DNA of 64,000 bases, from contig AP038806.1 in the NCBI GenBank assembly GCA_047150005.1, positions 896,001 to 960,000 on the forward strand, in the 5' to 3' direction. The notes beneath the pieces are model-generated. The model had not been told where the DNA came from and made no database searches. It saw only the letters and a list, made by a program, of their open reading frames with translations. The position numbers and the translations under genes are program-made. Positions 60,669 to 64,000 of this stretch are shown here, piece after piece (positions within the stretch are counted from its first letter, which is position 1; every line of letters starts with the position of its first letter). The DNA comes from Nitrospira sp. (lineage in GTDB: Bacteria > Nitrospirota > Nitrospiria > Nitrospirales > Nitrospiraceae).

Positions 60669-63600
60669 TCACGCGGCAATCTCTCCGCAAAGCACCTCTG
60701 CTTGCTCCATAACAGTCTGCGTCGCCTTCTCCTGCTTGTCCGGCGGATAGCCATACTTGCGGAGAATTCGTTTCACAATGACTCGAAGCTGGGCGCGGAC
60801 ATTTTCCCTAACCGTCCAGTCGATCGTGATGTTCTTCCGCACGGCATCGGCCACTTCTCGTGCGATGGTCCGCAACGTTTCATCTCCAAGGACCTTCACC
60901 GCACTGTCGTTGGTTTCGAGCGCGTCGTAGAATGCCATCTCTTCCTCGGTCAGACCCAGCCGTTCCCCTCGTTCATGAGCGCGGCGCATGTCCTTGGCCA
61001 ATCCGATCATTTCTTCGATGACCTGCGCGGCTTCTATGGCCCGGTTTTGGTACTTTCGCACCGCCTGCTCCAACATCTCTGCAAAAGACTTCGCTTGGAC
61101 CACATTCTTGCGTGATCGCACTTTGATCTCTCCGCTGAGCAGCTTCCGCAACAGTTCGACCGCCAAGTTCTTCTGAGGCATCCCACGCACTTCGGCGAGG
61201 AACTCGTCAGAGAGAATTGATAGATCCGGCTTCTTGAGCCCAGCAGCAGCAAAGATGTCCACGATCTCGTCGGATATCACTGCCTTTGAAATGATCTGGC
61301 GGATGGCATAGTCGAGATCTTCGTCGGTCTTGTGCTCGCCCAGCGTGCTTTTCGCCAACACTGAGCGCACGGCTTGAAAGAATCCCACATCATCTCGAAT
61401 CCGGAACGTCTCATCGTGCGGGACAGCAAGAGCAAATGCCTGTGAGAGTTCTGTCACGGCCTGTAGGAGGCGCGCCTTTCCATCTTGCTGTTTCAAAATG
61501 TGTTCCTGCGCCGCAGGCAAGACCGACAGTCGCTCTTGCGGTTTGCCGGTCATCCATGGCGACCAGTCAAAAGCATGAAAGAGGCCTCGACAGATCTCAT
61601 ACTTCTCCAGCATCACCGCAACGGCCTCCGCCTGGTCAATCGCCGTCTTCCCCGTCCCACCGCTTTCTGTGTAGGTGGCAAGAGCCTGCTTGAGTTCGTC
61701 GGCAAGGCCAAGGTAGTCCACGACCAATCCACCAGGCTTATCTTTGAACACGCGGTTCACACGGGCAATGGTCTGCATCAGCCCATGTCCGCGCATCGGC
61801 TTATCGACGTACATCGTATGTAGACTCGGCGCGTCAAACCCGGTCAGCCACATATCCCGAACGATAACTAGCCTGAACGGATCCTTGGGAGCACGAAACC
61901 GGAGCGCCATGTCCTCGCGGCGTTTCTTATTCCTGATATGGCCCTGCCACTCGATCAGGTCGGAGGCTGAGCCGGTCATAATCACTTTCATCGACCCTTG
62001 GTCATCCGCATCGGCATGCCATTGTGGGCGCAGGGCAGCAATCTCTCGATACAGCTCCACACAGATCCGTCGGCTCATGCACACCACCATCGCCTTACCA
62101 TCCATTGTCGCCAGACGATCTTCGAAATGATCGACGAGGTCCCGCGCGATCAATTTGATTCGATTCTCCGATCCCACCACGGCTTCCAGTTGTGCCCACT
62201 TGGTTTTGAGCTTCTCCTTACGCTCGACTTCCTCGCCCTCGGTCGCCTCTTCAAATTTGGGGTCAATCTTTGGCCGCTCGGATGCTTTCAGTTCGAGCTT
62301 TGCCAGCCGGCTCTCGTAGTAGATGGGAACCGTTGCCTTGTCAACAACCGCCCGCTGGATGTCGTAGATACTGATGTAGTCGCCAAAGACCGCTCTGGTA
62401 TTGGCATCAGTCTTTTCGATTGGTGTTCCGGTGAAGCCGATGAACGAGGCATTTGGTAACGCATCACGCATGTGCCGTGCAAAGCCGTCGATGAAATCGT
62501 ACTGGCTGCGATGCGCCTCATCGGCAATCACGACGATGTTGCGGCGATCAGACAAGACTGGCATGCGCCAGTCTCCCACACCCTCCGCTTCGCTCCCCCC
62601 TCTCCCACTGGGAGAGGGCTGGGATGAGGGTACATTTTCCCCTTCTCCCTTTGGGAGAGGGGTCAGGGATGAGGGTGCATTTCCCCCTTCTCCCTTTGGG
62701 AGAGGGGTCGGGGGTGAGGGTGCCGCCGCAGGCGGCATGAACTTCTGGATGGTGGTAAACACCACGCCTCCAGAAGCCACGCTCAACTTTGCCCGCAAGT
62801 CAGCCCGGTCGGTCGCCTGAACAGGGTCTTGGCGAAGGAGGTCACGACACCGAGCAAATGTACCGAAGAGTTGATCATCAAGGTCATTGCGATCCGTGAG
62901 CACGACGATGGTTGGGTTGGCCATCGTTGGGTGCAGGATGACCCGCCCCGCATAGAAGGCCATCGTCAGGCTCTTCCCCGATCCCTGTGTATGCCATACC
63001 ACACCAACCCGACGATCGCCTGGTTCACCACCTGGCTGATGCCCAGACTTGTATTGCCCCAAAGACTCGGCGGCTCGATGCTCTGCCAGTTTGCGAGAAG
63101 CCCGTAACGTTTCCTCGACCGCCACATTCACCGCATGGAACTGATGGTAGCCCGCCATCTTCTTAATAAGCTTCCCATGGCCTTCGTCTTCAAAGACAAT
63201 GAAATGCCGCACGAGATCGAGAAACCGCCGCTTCTCGAACACACCTTCTAAGAGAACTTGTAATTCGGTGAGTTTCGATGGAGCGTCCTCCCGCCCGCCG
63301 ATCGTTCGCCAGGGCTTAAACCATTCCTTCCCAGCCCCAAGAGTTCCGATACGAGCCTGGACACCGTCAGAAATAATCAGCGCCGCATTGGTTGCGAAGA
63401 AGGAGGGAATCTGTGCCTGGTAGGTCTGGAGCTGCTGGTAGGCACTCCAAATCGTGGCGTCTTCGTCAGCGGGGTTCTTCAGCTCAATCACCGCCAGCGG
63501 TAACCCGTTCACGAACAGCACCACGTCAGGCCGGCGCATGTGTTGCCCTTCGGCAACCGTGAACTGGTTGACGGCGAGCCAGTCATTTGCGCCTGGGTTA

Positions 63601-64000
63601 TCGAAATCGATGACCCGAACGATTCCCCATCGGCGCAAACCCTCACCCTTCGCTTCACTTCTCCCTCTCCCAATGGGAGAGGATTGGGGTGAGGGTTGAA
63701 GGTATTCCACAGGGATACCTTCAATAAGCATCCGGTGCACGGCACGGTTACGGTCTATCAACGTCGCCGCGTCCGTCCTGGTCAGCTTTCGGAAGGCGTC
63801 TTCCAGCGCTTCAGTCGGCAGGTCGGGATTCAGGCGCACGAGCGCCTGGCGCAGCCGTCGCTCAAGTAAGACATCACGGCAGTTCGGATCGCTGCGCTCA
63901 GCACCTGGGATGCTTGCTGCGATTTCGGGGCCGTGCAGGACGGAATAGCCGAGAGACTCCAGCCAGGCGAGGGCGGCGTCTTCGACGACGGATTCGGAGA
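60669..64000 (-). CDS. hsdR: Type I restriction endonuclease subunit R (start just beyond the window)
   Basis: Frame open to the edge ([13 protein letters not shown]); [48 protein letters not shown]. Confidence 0.96.
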   Translation of the reverse strand, partial: SESVVEDAALAWLESLGYSVLHGPEIAASIPGAERSDPNCRDVLLERRLRQALVRLNPDLPTEALEDAFRKLTRTDAATLIDRNRAVHRMLIEGIPVEYLQPSPQSSPIGRGRSEAKGEGLRRWGIVRVIDFDNPGANDWLAVNQFTVAEGQHMRRPDVVLFVNGLPLAVIELKNPADEDATIWSAYQQLQTYQAQIPSFFATNAALIISDGVQARIGTLGAGKEWFKPWRTIGGREDAPSKLTELQVLLEGVFEKRRFLDLVRHFIVFEDEGHGKLIKKMAGYHQFHAVNVAVEETLRASRKLAEHRAAESLGQYKSGHQPGGEPGDRRVGVVWHTQGSGKSLTMAFYAGRVILHPTMANPTIVVLTDRNDLDDQLFGTFARCRDLLRQDPVQATDRADLRAKLSVASGGVVFTTIQKFMPPAAAPSPPTPLPKGEGGNAPSSLTPLPKGEGENVPSSQPSPSGRGGSEAEGVGDWRMPVLSDRRNIVVIADEAHRSQYDFIDGFARHMRDALPNASFIGFTGTPIEKTDANTRAVFGDYISIYDIQRAVVDKATVPIYYESRLAKLELKASERPKIDPKFEEATEGEEVERKEKLKTKWAQLEAVVGSENRIKLIARDLVDHFEDRLATMDGKAMVVCMSRRICVELYREIAALRPQWHADADDQGSMKVIMTGSASDLIEWQGHIRNKKRREDMALRFRAPKDPFRLVIVRDMWLTGFDAPSLHTMYVDKPMRGHGLMQTIARVNRVFKDKPGGLVVDYLGLADELKQALATYTESGGTGKTAIDQAEAVAVMLEKYEICRGLFHAFDWSPWMTGKPQERLSVLPAAQEHILKQQDGKARLLQAVTELSQAFALAVPHDETFRIRDDVGFFQAVRSVLAKSTLGEHKTDEDLDYAIRQIISKAVISDEIVDIFAAAGLKKPDLSILSDEFLAEVRGMPQKNLAVELLRKLLSGEIKVRSRKNVVQAKSFAEMLEQAVRKYQNRAIEAAQVIEEMIGLAKDMRRAHERGERLGLTEEEMAFYDALETNDSAVKVLGDETLRTIAREVADAVRKNITIDWTVRENVRAQLRVIVKRILRKYGYPPDKQEKATQTVMEQAEVLCGEIAA
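62581..62720. repeat. Three tandem CCCTCTCCC..GGGAGAGGG palindromic units inside hsdR
   Basis: Units near 62597, 62639 and 62684, each followed by GGG.TGAGGG. Confidence 0.88.
63640..63695. repeat. Same palindromic unit inside hsdR
   Basis: ccctctcccaatgggagaggattggggtgaggg. Confidence 0.82.

Overview
GC-rich bacterial chromosome segment; the gene content and order suggest Nitrospira/Nitrospirota (inference). Left to right: a partial WD40 lipoprotein, an RND efflux operon whose permease is split in two, modA, and small accessory genes. Next is a decayed tandem array of integrated elements at tRNA-Lys(TTT), marked by three copies of the tRNA 3' end (12839, 23645, 25507) and integrase remnants. 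This array carries a gasdermin-like gene coupled to a 1408-aa TPR-CHAT caspase-like protease (best candidate for a novel system), a phosphatase/sulfotransferase/Sat-CysC operon whose ATP-sulfurylase motifs are degenerate, and a mobile-mystery Fic/HTH pair. The core region (25.6-58.5 kb) holds purA, tRNA-Ala, ABC-F, rarA, folE with a LAGLIDADG intein at the Zn-ligand Cys, queD, erpA, ferredoxin, a solitary nuoF, mdh, CbbQ/VWA, FTR, signalling genes, a KamA-family enzyme, dCTP deaminase and glycosyltransferases. The right end has repeat-delimited toxin-antitoxin fragments and a type I hsdR with in-frame palindromic insertions. All calls come from motif reading by eye; no searches were run.
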